The notes below the pieces were generated by a model. That model made no database searches. It saw only the letters and a list, made by a program, of their open reading frames with translations, and had not been told where the DNA came from. A stretch of 64,000 bases of DNA from Chiloscyllium plagiosum (Eukaryota): the NCBI RefSeq assembly GCF_004010195.1, contig NC_057750.1, positions 3,158,761 through 3,222,760 on the forward strand. Reading direction: 5' to 3'. Shown here one piece after another: positions 39,546 to 52,269 of this stretch. The number at the start of each line of letters is the position of its first letter. Positions within the stretch are counted from its first letter, which is position 1. Both the position numbers and the translations under genes were made by a program.

Positions 39546-39879
39546 GGGTTTGCAGGGATATGGGCCGGGTGCTGGCAAGTAGGTTAGGTTGAGATATCTG
39601 ATCGGCATGGACAAATTGGACTGAAAAGTCTGTTTCTGTGCTGTACATCTCTGTGACTCTATGACCCCTGAACTGTTCCAAGTGGTTAATTAAAATCTTT
39701 GCTATAAGTCCCTTTCCTAGCACTATGCAGAATTGAGTGTTGCTACCGAGCAACTCTTGGAACTGCTTGTTCCACAAATGTTACCAGTCATAGCTTGCTG
39801 ACTTCCTTGGTCCAGAATAAATTGATTATGACTAGAGGATTTCATCACTCCACTTGAATGTTGCTGCATAAGAGAATAT

Positions 39880-40420
39880 AGTGTTGGAGGTATGATGTTA
39901 GCTTGGACAGACAATTGGTTACCTAACAGAAAATGAAGTTAGAATAAATGGGTAATTTTAAGGTTGATTACTGTAACCACTGGGGTGCCACCGTAACCAG
40001 TGCTGGGGCTACAACTGCAAGTCTAGAAGAAATTAGGGAGGCAAATGGAAATGTTGAAACGAACATGGAGTATAAAAGGAGGAAGTCTTATTACATTTGT
40101 ACAGGGTGCTAACAAGATCATACCTACAGAAGTACCTTTCTTTCTCATTTTCAAGGAGAGAATTTACTTAGAAACAATTCAGACAAGGTTTACTGAGTTC
40201 ATTCTGGGATGAAGCTGTTGTCATATGAGGAAAGATTGGGCTGATATTTCTTGGGGTTTAGAAGAATGGGAAGTAATCTTGTTGAAACATCAGTCTGAAG
40301 GGGTAGACAAGGATAGATGATGAGAGAATATTTTCCTTCCTGAGGAAATATAGAATTCAGGGACATTGTTTCAAAATGACAGCTTTTCTACTTAACATGG
40401 AGATGTGGAGGAATTTCTTT
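39880..40420 (+). mobile_element. Old CR1 fragment
   Basis: GVP..VLG motif ~39982 and decayed ORF2 C-terminus. Confidence 0.55.
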
Positions 40421-40424
40421 TAAA

Positions 40425-40703
40425 TTAGATTCCTTACAGCCCAATAAGTCCATCCAAAGAGAAACCCACCCAGACCTATTTCCCTCTGACTAAAGCACCT
40501 AATACCATGGACAATTTGGAATGGCCAATTCACCTGACCTGCACATCTTTGGACTGTGGGAGGAAACCAGAGCACCCAGAGGAAACCCATGCAGACATGG
40601 GGAGAATGTGCAAACTCCACACAGACAGTCATCCAAGGCTGGAATTGAATCTGGGTCCCTGGTGCTGTGAGGTAGCAGTGCTAACCACTGAGCCACTCTA
40701 CCG
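40425..40703 (-). mobile_element. HE1-like SINE
   Basis: A/B boxes and body shared with 54246-54562. Confidence 0.8.
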
Positions 40704-42254
40704 TCCTCTTCTTGGAGGATCATTAATCTTTGGAATTCTCTACTTCAGAGAGCTGCTGGGACAGAGTAATTGAATATATTCAAGGTTGAACTTGTAACGG
40801 ACCCATCCACCCAATCCTTCAAAGCACTACATGCCCTGTATGTAACGGAGTATATCGATTATGACTTGGACTTATCAGCTATCTCAGAAATCATTAAACT
40901 GGGCAGAAACAAACCATTCTTAATCCTAAAAGGAGATTATCCATGATCCCATTGACTGTTGGGACAGGTGCAAAGGGACTGCTTCTAATTCTTTTGTCCT
41001 GTATTCAGTTTGGACACTAAGCCTCAGGAACTGATCTTTTTGATAGTACTACATGGATTCAAGAGAAGGATGTCAAAAATGTGAAATTATGAGAACAAGC
41101 TTGAAGAACTTGAATTGAGAAGGTTAATCAAGCTGTTTAAAATGATAAAAGGATAATATAAGGCAGATACAGGGAAACTATTACTTCACATGAGGGATCT
41201 AGAATACTGAGACAAACCTCACTAAAATGAGGGTCCAGAAGTGAAGTCAGAAAGCACATTTTCACACAAAGGATAGTGATAATCTAAAACACTTTCTGAG
41301 CCAGAAGCTGCCAATATTATGTTTTCAAACAAATGGATTTTTGTAAGGTAAGTTACTTTTTAATCAAATGGTATGAAGCAAGAGCTTGTGAACAGAGATG
41401 AGATATAATCTACCATGATCTAATTGAATGATGGAACAGACTCAAAACACAGAATGTCTTACTCTTTTTTCCACGCCTCTGTGATCCTTGAGCAGATATT
41501 ATTTGATAGGATTACACTTTGTAGTGATGATCCATCGAGTTTGATTGTCAAGGTCACAAATGAAGGATAACTTCTCAGATGCGATACAAGAGAGTTGCTG
41601 GTGACAAAAAAAAACAGTAGCCAAGATGGCATGACTGTGTTCAGCAGCAAAGATGTAGAAAAGGACAAAAATGCTCAGTAAAGATAGTTCTATACATTAG
41701 TTATTCACTTTTGCTGTGAAAATGTTGGGTTTTGCGATATAAACTTAATTTAACTTTAAAGCTGCAATTACTGTATCACCTGAATATTTTGTCAAGTTGA
41801 GACATGAATGCCTTACTATAATACCCAAAGACACATAATGATGTAATAATTATCTGAGTTGCTTGGATACCTGAATTTTGCTGGTTAACATCTGAAATAC
41901 CAATCATATAATATCGATTACAGTTTGTTTTGTAACAGCTGCATTACCAATACAATAAATAAGTGGAAAGTGTTCCCATTAGCAGAAGGATTGATAATCA
42001 GAGGAAACAGGTTTAAAATAACTAGCAAAAGAATCAGAAGGGAAATGAGGAGGCATGTTTGTACACATCAAGTTGTCATCAGTGGGAATTCACTACTTGA
42101 ATGAGTGGCAAAAACAGATTCAACAGTAAGTTTCAAATAAAAACAATATATGCATTAAACAGAGCAAGCACAATGAACTGAATGGCTGCCTCTTTTCAGT
42201 CTGAGGTTGGGGAGAAGGAACAATAGAAAAGTAATCTTTAAAACTTTGTGAAGG

Positions 42255-43870
42255 AGAGTTGCTTTTCAGACTGGAGGCCTGTGACCAGCGGTGTGCCACA
42301 AGGATTGGTGCCCAGTCCACTGCTTTTACTTATTTATATATAGAGGAACCTCGATTATCTGAATATCAATTATCTGAATATCGGATTATCCGAAGGAGAT
42401 CTCGAGGTCCCAATAGAAACATTACATCAAAGACGTCCTTCCGATCGCGTCTTGTTTACAGTGATTAAACAGGAACTGTCTCCAAATGACTGACCTCCCA
42501 CCCTCTCTCTCTCTCTCCCCATTCTTTCCCTGGAGTTCTACAGAGCGGTGTATCTAAACCCCCCTTCCCCAGATAATCTCTCCAACATTGTCCTGTACAG
42601 GGCAGAGGTGGAACCTGTCAAAAAGTTGCAGTAAAACGTTTTGTGTGTGTGTGTGCACATGCTATTTGGAGACTTACCCCACAAAGGCAACAGTAGCAGC
42701 AGTCTTGTTGTTGGTGTCCAGTTCAGCTGGAGACCCGGAGAGGGGTGGGAGGGGCAGTGTTGGACCCGGGGGTGGTTGGCAGGGGCTCGTCTCCTGAATG
42801 GGGAGCAGACTTAACAGAAAACTCCAAGCCCCAGAAGAAAGGCATTTAATCAATTAACCGAATGATCAATTATCCAAATGAAACAGTGCCCGCCCATCTC
42901 GTTCGGATAATCGAGGTTCTTCTGTAAATGATTTGGATGTGAACATAGGAGGTATGGTAGTAAGTTTGCAGATGACACCAAAATTGGAGGTGTACTGGAC
43001 GATGAAGAAGGTTACCTCAGAGTACAATAGGACTTTAATCAGGTGGGCCAATGGGCTGAAGTGTGGGAGATGGAGTTTGAATTAGATAAATGTGAGGTGC
43101 TGCATTTTGGAAAAGCAAATCAGGGCAGGACTTATACACTTAATAGTAAGGTCCTGGAGATTGTTGCTGAAAAAGGGACCTTGGAGTCCAGGTTCATAGT
43201 TCCTTGAAAGTGGAGTCCCATTTAGACAAGATAGTCAAGAAGGTGTTAAGTATGATTGCCTTTATTAGTCAGTGCATTGAATGTTGGAGTTGGGGAGGTC
43301 ATGTTGCGGCTGTACAGGACATTGTTTAGGCCACTTTTGCAATACTGCATGCAATTCTGGTCTCCCTGTTAAAGGAAGGATTTTGTGAAACTTGAAAGTG
43401 TTAAGAAAAGATTTACAAGGATGTTACAGGGTTGGATGGTTGAGTGAGAGGGAGAGGCTGAATAGAGTGGGGTTATTTTCACTGGAGTATTGGAGGCTGA
43501 GGGGTGACATTATAGAAGTTTATAAAATCATGTAGGGCATGGATGGGGAGATTGTCTTTTCCCTGGGGTGGGGGAGTCCAAAACTAGAGGGCATAGGTCG
43601 AAGGTGATAGGGAAAAGATTTAAAGGGACTTAAGGGACAACCTTTTCACGCAGAAGGTGGTGCGTGTATGCAATGAGCTGCCAGAAGAAGTGGTGGAGGC
43701 TGATACAATTACAACATTAATAGGGCAGCTGGATGGGTATATGAATAGGAAGGAGAGGGATATGTGTCAAACGCTGACAAATGGGATGAGATTAATTTAG
43801 GATATCTAGTCGGCATGGACGAGTTGGACCAAAGGGTCTGTTTCCATGCTGTACAGCTCTATGACTCTAT
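42255..43870 (+). mobile_element. CR1 3' fragment interrupted by a MITE
   Basis: WRPVTSGVPQG...FADDTKIG; tail CTCTATGACTCTAT. Confidence 0.85.
42341..42924. mobile_element. Tigger/pogo-like non-autonomous DNA transposon (584 bp)
   Basis: TIRs (T/C)AGA(G/A)GAACCTCGATTATC(T/C)GAA; TA duplicated; removal restores CR1 TATATAAATGATTTGG as at ~38491. Confidence 0.9.
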
Positions 43871-45390
43871 AGAATAAGAATGATCTCATTTTGGCTGTTA
43901 CATCAGCTTGCTTCTTCCTAGATAGTGTGATTGCATGTCCTAAGCATGTTGCTGATTGTGAACATTTCACCTTCCTCTTTGGTGAGACTGGGCCTTTGAG
44001 AACATACGAAATAGGAGCTGAATTAGATGCTATGGCATCTCAAACCTGCTATGCCATTGAATAAGATCATGACCAATCTTCTATGTTATCTACACTTTTC
44101 CTCATTATTCTCACATACCTTGAGTTCTTTAGTACCTAGAACTTCATCGAACTCTGGCTGAAATATACTCAATGGCTTGGCTCCCTGGGGACAGAAAATT
44201 CCAAAGGTTGGCAGTCTTTTGAATCAAGACATTTCCCCTAATCTCAGTCTGAATGGCTGAAGCCTTATTCTGAATCCATGACCCTGTGCAAGTGTAACTC
44301 CACACACAGGGAAAACATCTGCATTACCGTGTCCAACTCCTTTAAATTGTTTCAGTGATACCGCATCTGATCCTGCCAAACTCTACGAAGTATAGGTTTT
44401 GCCTACACAATCTTTGGTCCTTGGACAATCCATTCATTACAGAATCAATCTGATGAATTTCCTTGGTTTCTAAGGCACATGTATCCTTTCTTGGGTAAGG
44501 AGACCAAATTGTTTCATTTGTCTGACCCCAGGATTTGTCATTTTTCCATCCAATTTCTGATTTAGAGTAATGCAGAGAAACCAAGTGCTAGTGCAACTTA
44601 CAATTCAAATCTACAAATTGTGTAAACAGGAGCCAGCCAGTCAGTTCCCAAAGTTGCAGTCCTGGCTCGCATGTCACATTACAGTGGGTAAAAGGAACTT
44701 GACCTTCAAAAACAAATTTTAAAAGGCATTTCCTGTTTTCAATATTCCTCTTTTTTTGTTTTGAACTTCTGTAATTTCACGAGAAACTACCATTTATATT
44801 CAGCATGTGAAGCACTATATTCACACATTCAACACTATTTCTTCACATCACTGCTCCTTGCTATTGCTTACAGAAGCCAAATTATTTGAGAAATGAAAAA
44901 TATTTTGCTGAAGTTTAGTGTTTATTTTCCTCTCTCCTGCATTGAATTTCCCATACTGTTTACTTAATGCTTGTGGTCTGTGGCACAAAGTTGCAGCACC
45001 AGACTGTAGGAGAGTAGGGTGGGGCCTTCCTTCACAAGGCACAGAAAGCAATGGGCAAATTCTTGTGTTGCTGAAGCAAGTTCCAACAGCCTCCTGTAAA
45101 AAGGCTGACAATTCTCCAGTCATTGTCGACTTTTTAACTGAGTTACATCCGCCTGTTGTAACATTGTCTGCACATTGGGGTGGCGGTTGGGTTTGAGGTT
45201 GTGGGGCAGGAAATGGGAAGGCATAGTGCTTGAACATTAATAAAGTGAAGAATTGTGGCAGTTGTTGCTGGATCTCTTAAGTGTTCAACCCAAGACATCT
45301 GCATGTGTGCACTGGCTTCTAACTACAGTCTGAAATTTTTACTTCATATTTAGGACAGTTATTATCTGTGCCAGGCATAGGAACAACTTA

Positions 45391-46078
45391 GCTGAAAATG
45401 TGTTGCTGGAAAAGTGCAGCAGGTCAGGCAGCATCCAAGAAACAGGAGAATCAACGTTTCAGGCATAAGCCCTTCTTCAGGAATAAGGAAAGTGTGTCCA
45501 ACAGGCTAAGATAAAAGGTAGGGAGGAGGGACTTGGGGGAGGGGCTTTGGAAATGCAATAGGTGGAGGGAGGTCAAGGTGAGGGTGATAGGCCGGAGTGG
45601 GGTGGGGGCGGAGAGGTCAGGAAGATGATTGCAGGTTAGGAAGGCGGTGCTGAGTTCGAGGGANNNNNNNNNNNNNNNNNNNNNNNNNNNNNNNNNNNNN
45701 NNNNNNNNNNNNNNNNNNNNNNNNNNNNNNNNNNNNNNNNNNNNNNNNNNNNNNNNNNNNNNNNNNNNNNNNNNNNNNNNNNNNNNNNNNNNNNNNNNNN
45801 NNNNNNNNNNNNNNNNNNNNNNNNNNNNNNNNNNNNNNNNNNNNNNNNNNNNNNNNNNNNNNNNNNNNNNNNNNNNNNNNNNNNNNNNNNNNNNNNNNNN
45901 NNNNNNNNNNNNNNNNNNNNNNNNNNNNNNNNNNNNNNNNNNNNNNNNNNNNNNAAGAAGGGCTTATGCCCGAAACGTCGATTCTCCTGTTCCTTGGATG
46001 CTGCCTGACCTGCTGCGCTTTTCCAGCAACACATTTTCAGCTCTGATCTCCAGCCATCTGCAGCCCTCACTTTCTCCT
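45391..46078 (+). mobile_element. Family A PLE fold-back spanning an assembly gap
   Basis: Inverted pLTR left, forward pLTR with tail right; 15-bp TSD CATAGGAACAACTTA 45376-45390 and 46079-46093; hammerhead motifs at ~45450-45484 (minus) and ~45955-45982 (plus). Confidence 0.9.
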
Positions 46079-48304
46079 CATAGGAACAACTTACCAGAGC
46101 ACACTTCCCACTTGCTGCCCTCTGTAATTTTACATCTATGTTTGACTCATGAATAATACAGATTTGTTTAATAAGCCTATAATTATGCAGAAAATCACCA
46201 ATTAAATAAAACAAAGCAGCATTGTTAACAGTGCAGAACAGCCATTCAGCCCATCTGTGTCTGTGCCAGGTTTATACTAGAGCAATTCAGAGCTAATCTT
46301 AATGCTCTGGTCTCTCCACATAGCTGTTTATATTCCTCTACTTCTAACATTTACAGTAGAGGCCATGAATTCATTATCAGACAATAGAACGTTGAGGATG
46401 AGAAAAGTATTGGAAAGATTTGCTTCCTTCATTGCCTGAAGTTCTTGAATCTTAATGGGCTTTAGCCAGAAGTTCAACTAAAAACAAAATGCTAGGAGAA
46501 AGTCACAAAACAAAATTAGGATTTGCAGTAGGAGAATAAATGTGACTAAATTTTCATTAAAATTATTTTTTTTTTGCAGTCAAAGCAACACAAGGTCAGC
46601 TCTCCACTGTAACACAGTTAATTCCCCATTGTGTTACAATAACACAGTAAAATGCATGCTATTTTTCACACTTCAAAGATATCACATTAATCCATTTTTA
46701 ATAGTGTAATTATTTAGCGTAGTGCTGAGGTAGTTAATTAACACACAAGAAAAGCAGAAGCAACAGTTCAAATTTCATCTCGATACATAGTTACATGGAA
46801 TTAAACAGAACAGAAACAAACCTTTCAGTATAAGTGATCTAGGCTGATGTTTCTGCCCCATGCAAGTCTCCTCCCACTTTGTCTCACCCAGTCAGCACAT
46901 CCATCTATTCCTCTTGCTTCATATTCTTTTACAGATTTTTTTTTTTAAATGCATCATAAAAAAATGATCATAAAAGCTGCCCATAGTCATTACAGCCCCT
47001 AGTTCTTGAAGTCCTTCAGTGAGAGGAAACTATTGCTTCTGCTTGGTCAGATCTCTGTGAGAAATGGTGCAGTTAATTTCAGCAGTCAGTGAAGTGACTT
47101 AGCACTTAGCTTCTCACCACTGCAAAGGCCAACCAGCATACACAGCTAGAATTGATCCATATAAATTGTAGCTCTACCAGCATCACCCATATCTTGAAAC
47201 GTACTAATCTCCAACGAAGGTGAAACAGAGTACTTGATGTGCTTTACAATGGTACAGTTATTTTTCAGGAGAGATTGAAGTTACAGTTTACATTACACAA
47301 AATAAAAAGATACATTTGAGGTGGAAAGTATTAGGTTTAATAATTGTGAAGTTTTGTTTTATCACGTTATTGAATTGTATCAAAATGCTACTGCAATGTG
47401 TGCTGGTATACAGACAAACATGGTAGCCATTTTTCGCAGTGTTATCACAGGCTGGTGAAACAAACAACACTTTAACTTTTTGTTTTAAGGGAGTTGTTGA
47501 GTGAGGACGCGCTTTGTCATAGCACCAAAAAAAGACTATTCTTTAAATGGGCCTCAATTTAAATTCTCATCTCCAGCACCCAGCCAATCAAGGTGAGGTC
47601 AGAACCTTAATTCCTAAAACTTCAGTTCAGTTAATGTGTTTTCCCCAGCCTCTGTAACAATTTTTTTTAAAGTTTCTGGCTGCTGTACTGTTGTACTGTA
47701 ATCCTGCCAAAAACACAGAAATCAGAATTCCGGATGCTTGTTGAAGTATTTAGAATGTAAACAAAGCTTCCTGCAGATCTGAAACATACAGATACATTCC
47801 ATACTACTTTTGACTGTTCAAAAACGGAGATGTTTGTCAGAATGTAAGGGATTCTAGAGACGAGAAAAAAATCCTTCAGTCATACATGTTCACTCCATCC
47901 AGAGTCCACTGGGGTCATTCAGTCATGCATTTTCACCCCTCTGAGCAACAACTCCCACATCCATCCAGTGTGGAACTCAAAGACTGGCATTTAAACATAA
48001 GGTCAGGAAATCTTATTTTTAAAATACAGCACATGACGTTCCTTGCTACATTTGCCAATACAGGTTATATTTAAAATATAAAATTTATTTTTCCATGTCA
48101 AACTTTTCATGGACTGGTCAACAGCCCCTTGATATACTTCTTACAAACTTGCATATATGAATTAATAAAAAAGAGGTAACCCATTCAACCCCTCAAGACT
48201 GATCCATCATTCAATAATCTGTTTGTAACCTCAAACCCATATTCCCATCTTCCCCAATGACCTTTCAACCTTTTCTTACTTCAGTCTTAAAAGTGTGCAA
48301 AGAC

Positions 48305-48862
48305 ATTAGTTAGCCCACTTTTGGAATATTGCGTGCAATTCTGGTCTCCTTCCTATTGGAAGGATGTTGTGAACTTGAAAGGATTCAGAAAAGATTTACG
48401 AGGATGTTGCCAGGGTTGGAGGATCTGAGCCTATAGAGAGAGGCTGAATAGGCTAAGGCTGTTTTCCCTGGAGCATCTGAGGCTGAGGGATGACATTATA
48501 GAGATTTATAAAATCATGAGGGGCATGGATAGAGTAAATAGTCAAGGTCTTTTCCTGGGGTTTGGGAGTCCAGAACTAGAGGGCATAAGTTTAGGGTGAG
48601 AGGGGAAAGACATAAGAGAGACCTAAGGGGCAACCTTTTCACGCAGAGGGTGATGCATGTGTGGAATGAGTGCCAGAGAAGTAGTGAAAGCTAGTATAAT
48701 TGCAACATCTAAAAGGCATTTGGATGGGTATATGACTAGAAATGGTTTGTAAGGATATGGGCCGGGTGCTGGCATGTGGGACTAGATTAGGTTGGGATAT
48801 CTGGTCAGCATGGACGAGTTGGACCAAAGAGTCTGTTTCCTTGCTTTACATCTCTATGACTG
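48305..48862 (+). mobile_element. CR1 3' fragment nested in an older antisense CR1
   Basis: Close match to 38896-39665. Confidence 0.85.
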
Positions 48863-49344
48863 TGCTTCCAACATCTTTTCAGAAAGAGAGTTCCAAAGAG
48901 TCTCAACCCCCCAAGAGAAACAAAATTCACCATATCTCTGTCTTAAATGGGAAATCTCTGATTTTTAAGCATGTTCTAGATTCTCACATAAAAGGGAATA
49001 TCCTCTGCACAATCAAGGTCCCTCAGGATCTTGCACGTTTCAATCAAGCACCTCTTACTCTAAATTCTAATGGACACTATCCTAGACTTTGTAACCTTTC
49101 CTCAAAACACACCCACCACCACCACCACCACCTTTGATCCATAACCTTTGATCCCCTTACTAATCAAGAACCTATATATCTGTCTGTCTTAAAGTCACTC
49201 AATGACTTGGTCTCCATAGCCTTCTGCAGTAACAATTCTAAATCTTGTCAGGTTAATCTTTTCTGAAACTGCCTTCTGTAAATAAAGTGGCCTATGCCAT
49301 GCACAATACTCAAGATGCGGCCTGACCTAGAGCCCTGTATAGAA

Positions 49345-49605
49345 TTTTATAGAATCCCTACAGTGTAGAAACAGGCCATTTAGCCCAACAAGTCCACACT
49401 GACACTCTGAAGAATAACTCAACCAGACTCATTCCCCTACCCTATTACTCTGCATTTCCCATGGCTAATGCAATTAACCTACACATCCCTGAACATAATG
49501 AGAATTTAGCATGACCAATTCACTAAATTTGCACATCGTTGGACTGTGGGAGAAAACCGGATCACCTGGAGAAAACCCATGCAAACATGAGAGAATGTGC
49601 AAATA
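49345..49605 (-). mobile_element. HE1-like SINE, truncated
   Basis: Body and tail match other copies. Confidence 0.7.
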
Positions 49606-49614
49606 ACTGAAGCA

Positions 49615-50185
49615 TAATCTCTATAAGGCTCTGCTCAAGCTGCATCTGGAATATTGTGAGCAAATTTGTGCCCCATGTCTGAGGAAGGATGTGCTGTCCT
49701 TTGAGGGGTCCAGAGGAGGTTCACAAGAATAATGCAGGAACAAAGGTTTTGTCATAGGAGAAGTGGTTGAGGACTCTGGGTCTGTACTCGAAGTTTAGAA
49801 GAATGGGGGAAGGCGGGATCTGTTCAAAACTTACAGAATACTGAGAGGTCTAGATAGAGTGGATTTGGAGAAGATGTCTCCACTAATAGGAGAGAATAGG
49901 AGCCAAAGCACAGCCTCAGAGTGAAGGAAGGTCCCTTTAGAACTGAGACGAGGAGGAATTTCTTCAATTAGAAAGAACTTGTTACTGCAGAAGGCTATGG
50001 AGACCAAGTCATTGAGTGACTTTAAGACAGACAGATAGATAGGTTCTTGATTAGTAAGGGGATCAAAGGTTATGGAGAGATGGAAAGAGAATGCAGTTGA
50101 GAAACATATCAGCCATGATCGAATGGTAGAACAGGCTCAATGGGCTGAATGACCTAATTCGGCTACTATATCTTATGATCTTATG
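49615..50185 (+). mobile_element. CR1 3' fragment
   Basis: HLEYCEQ..PCLRKDVL and TATGATCTTATGA tail. Confidence 0.7.
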
Positions 50186-50641
50186 AATTTCCCTCACAAT
50201 AAATGATAACATTCTATCACCTTCCTTAATTGCTTGCTGTAACAGCACACTAACCTTTTTAGATTTATGCACTCAGACACCCAGATTCCTCTGCACCTAA
50301 GACTGTGCAATCTGTTACCAAACTTAGTGAATTTAATTTGCTTCCTTTTTATTCTTTCTGCCAAAATGCACAATTTCACATTTTCTTACATTGTACTTCA
50401 TTTGCCATATCTTTATCCACTCACTTAATGTTGCTATAATATTTTTTGTAGCCTCCTTATGCCTTCTTCACACTTTTCTTGCCTGTCTATCTTTGTGTTT
50501 TCAGGAAATTTGGCAACTATATCTTCCATCACTCCTCCGAAGTAATTTATATAAATTGTAAGCAGTTGAGATGCCAGCACTGATTCTGCCGATCTGAAAT
50601 AGGCCTATTTATGCCTACTCTCTGTTTCTTGTTAGCCAGGC

Positions 50642-51278
50642 TGTGGGAGAAGGGGAAATCATTTTGCTTACAGACCATTTTGCTCACAGAAGCCATTTTG
50701 TCCCTAGCTAAAAGAGGGCCTACCCATAATGCCATTGAGATATGAACTACAAATGAGACATTACCTAATTGGAGGAAACACGTTATCTAAATGACCTGCT
50801 AACGAGATTCTCTCACTCACAATAACACTGCACCCCCAGAAGCCCCGAAGGCTCGCTGTCTTTCCATGGGAGCCCAGCTGATACAATACCCCCGCAGACA
50901 AGATGTCACCAAACTACTCAATATGGATGACCTCAGCCCTATGAGCCATTACGGACAGGATGCTACCGATTATTTATTCAATGTTCTTAGATCAGTTACC
51001 TTTGTTTATGTGTTCAGTACTGTCAGACCCGAAGTATTGTTAGCCCTCTTTCAATACTATTAAACTATCAGCTGTAATTAGAACTGTATTGTCTTGTAAC
51101 CCTTTATAAACTGCATATGCCTGTACTTGGGTGGAGAGGTTATGGATCATCAGTGAGGACCAGTCATTCTGTGCTGAGTAGTCGTTGACTACTGCCCATG
51201 ATATCGTGAAATAAGCAAACATGTCAATTTCACAAGGTATGCTTATGAGCTTTTTAAAAATTGGGCAATTCTCCAACA
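50642..51278 (+). mobile_element. Solo LTR (637 bp) inserted in an antisense CR1 (~50190-51590)
   Basis: TGTGGGAGAA...TTCTCCAACA termini (9/10 inverted), 5-bp TSD CAGGC 50637-50641 and 51279-51283, TATA-like TTTATAAA ~51103. Confidence 0.75.
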
Positions 51279-51790
51279 CAGGCATTCTTCTATCTATGCC
51301 ATGATACTACCTCCTACTCTACGACCTTTCATTTTCCAGAATGACCCTTGATGCACCTATTATCAAATGCCTTTGCAAATCTAAGTATAGTAAATCTACC
51401 AGTTCACCTTTATCCACAGCACATTATCACTTCAAAGAAATTCAATTGACTGGCCAAGCATGAGTTTCCTTTCACAAAACTGTTAACTCTGCCTGATTAT
51501 CTTGAATATGTTGAAGTTTCCTGCTATAATTTATTTAATTATAGTTTCTAACATGTTACCTCTGAAAGGTGTGAAGCTAACTGGCCTGTAGATATACTAT
51601 GGTGCCTCAGACAGTGGCATTTCTCCTTTGAATCTTTGCATCAGCTGCCTGAAATTTTATTGCATTCCTCAGCTCAAAGGTCTGGACTATATAATATTCC
51701 AGTCTGCAACATTTCACTGCCAATAGACCTTCAATGAGCATCTTTCACCGAGTTGAAGGCCCTGCAATCACATTTGATGTTTATCTCTGT

Positions 51791-52107
51791 TGTTATGAAG
51801 GTGGAGATGTATACTGTACCTATAAGAGAGAATGAAAGCTGGCAAGGACTGACTCAAAGCACAGAGTCTGCTGAACAATTTAATAATTAACATTTGGTTG
51901 TGAAACAAATAGCTGGAGCTGTGTTGCCATGGTACACAACAAATTCGAATTTGGCCAATCAGTTTAAATTATGCCCCAAGATACCAAAATCCAATCGAAT
52001 TTGAATTTTAATGTTTTGATTGTTCGGCACACTCTGTGCTTTGAGTCAGTTCTTGCCAGCTTTCATTCTCTCTTAATGGTACAGTACACACCTACACCTT
52101 CATAACA
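51791..52107. mobile_element. TGT..ACA fold-back element with ~89-bp TIRs and 4-bp TSD (Ginger-like or LTR-derived)
   Basis: Left TGTTATGAAGGTG...TGCTGAACAAT complementary to right ATTGTTCGGCA...CACCTTCATAACA; TSD CTGT 51787-51790 and 52108-52111. Confidence 0.8.
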
Positions 52108-52269
52108 CTGTGCTTTCCTGGTAATAGGCCAAACAGCACTGCATCCTGCATAATGAAGCTGCTTCAGGAATGGACCTAAATGAAAGCTATTACATCTTGT
52201 TCCAAGCTGACTTCATGAAGGAACATTCCAGGACAATAGTCACCAAAACATTACATGAAGGAGAGAGAT

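Larger units (their letters stand above)
33680..39665 (+). mobile_element. Near full-length decayed CR1 LINE (5' UTR, ORF1, ORF2, 3' UTR) with nested insertions
   Basis: 5' end with CAAGATGG; ORF1 Cys-rich start then SGNH esterase motifs; ORF2 EN and RT motifs; CR1 tail CTCTGTGACTCTATGA. 5' boundary approximate. Confidence 0.85.

Noticed and set aside
44848..45237. 129-aa ORF and other non-repeat ORFs (23226-23537, 41459-41668, 57780-57980) as exons of a neighbouring gene such as EIF3K
   Set aside because: No recognisable protein similarity or convincing splice pairs; small exons could still be missed.
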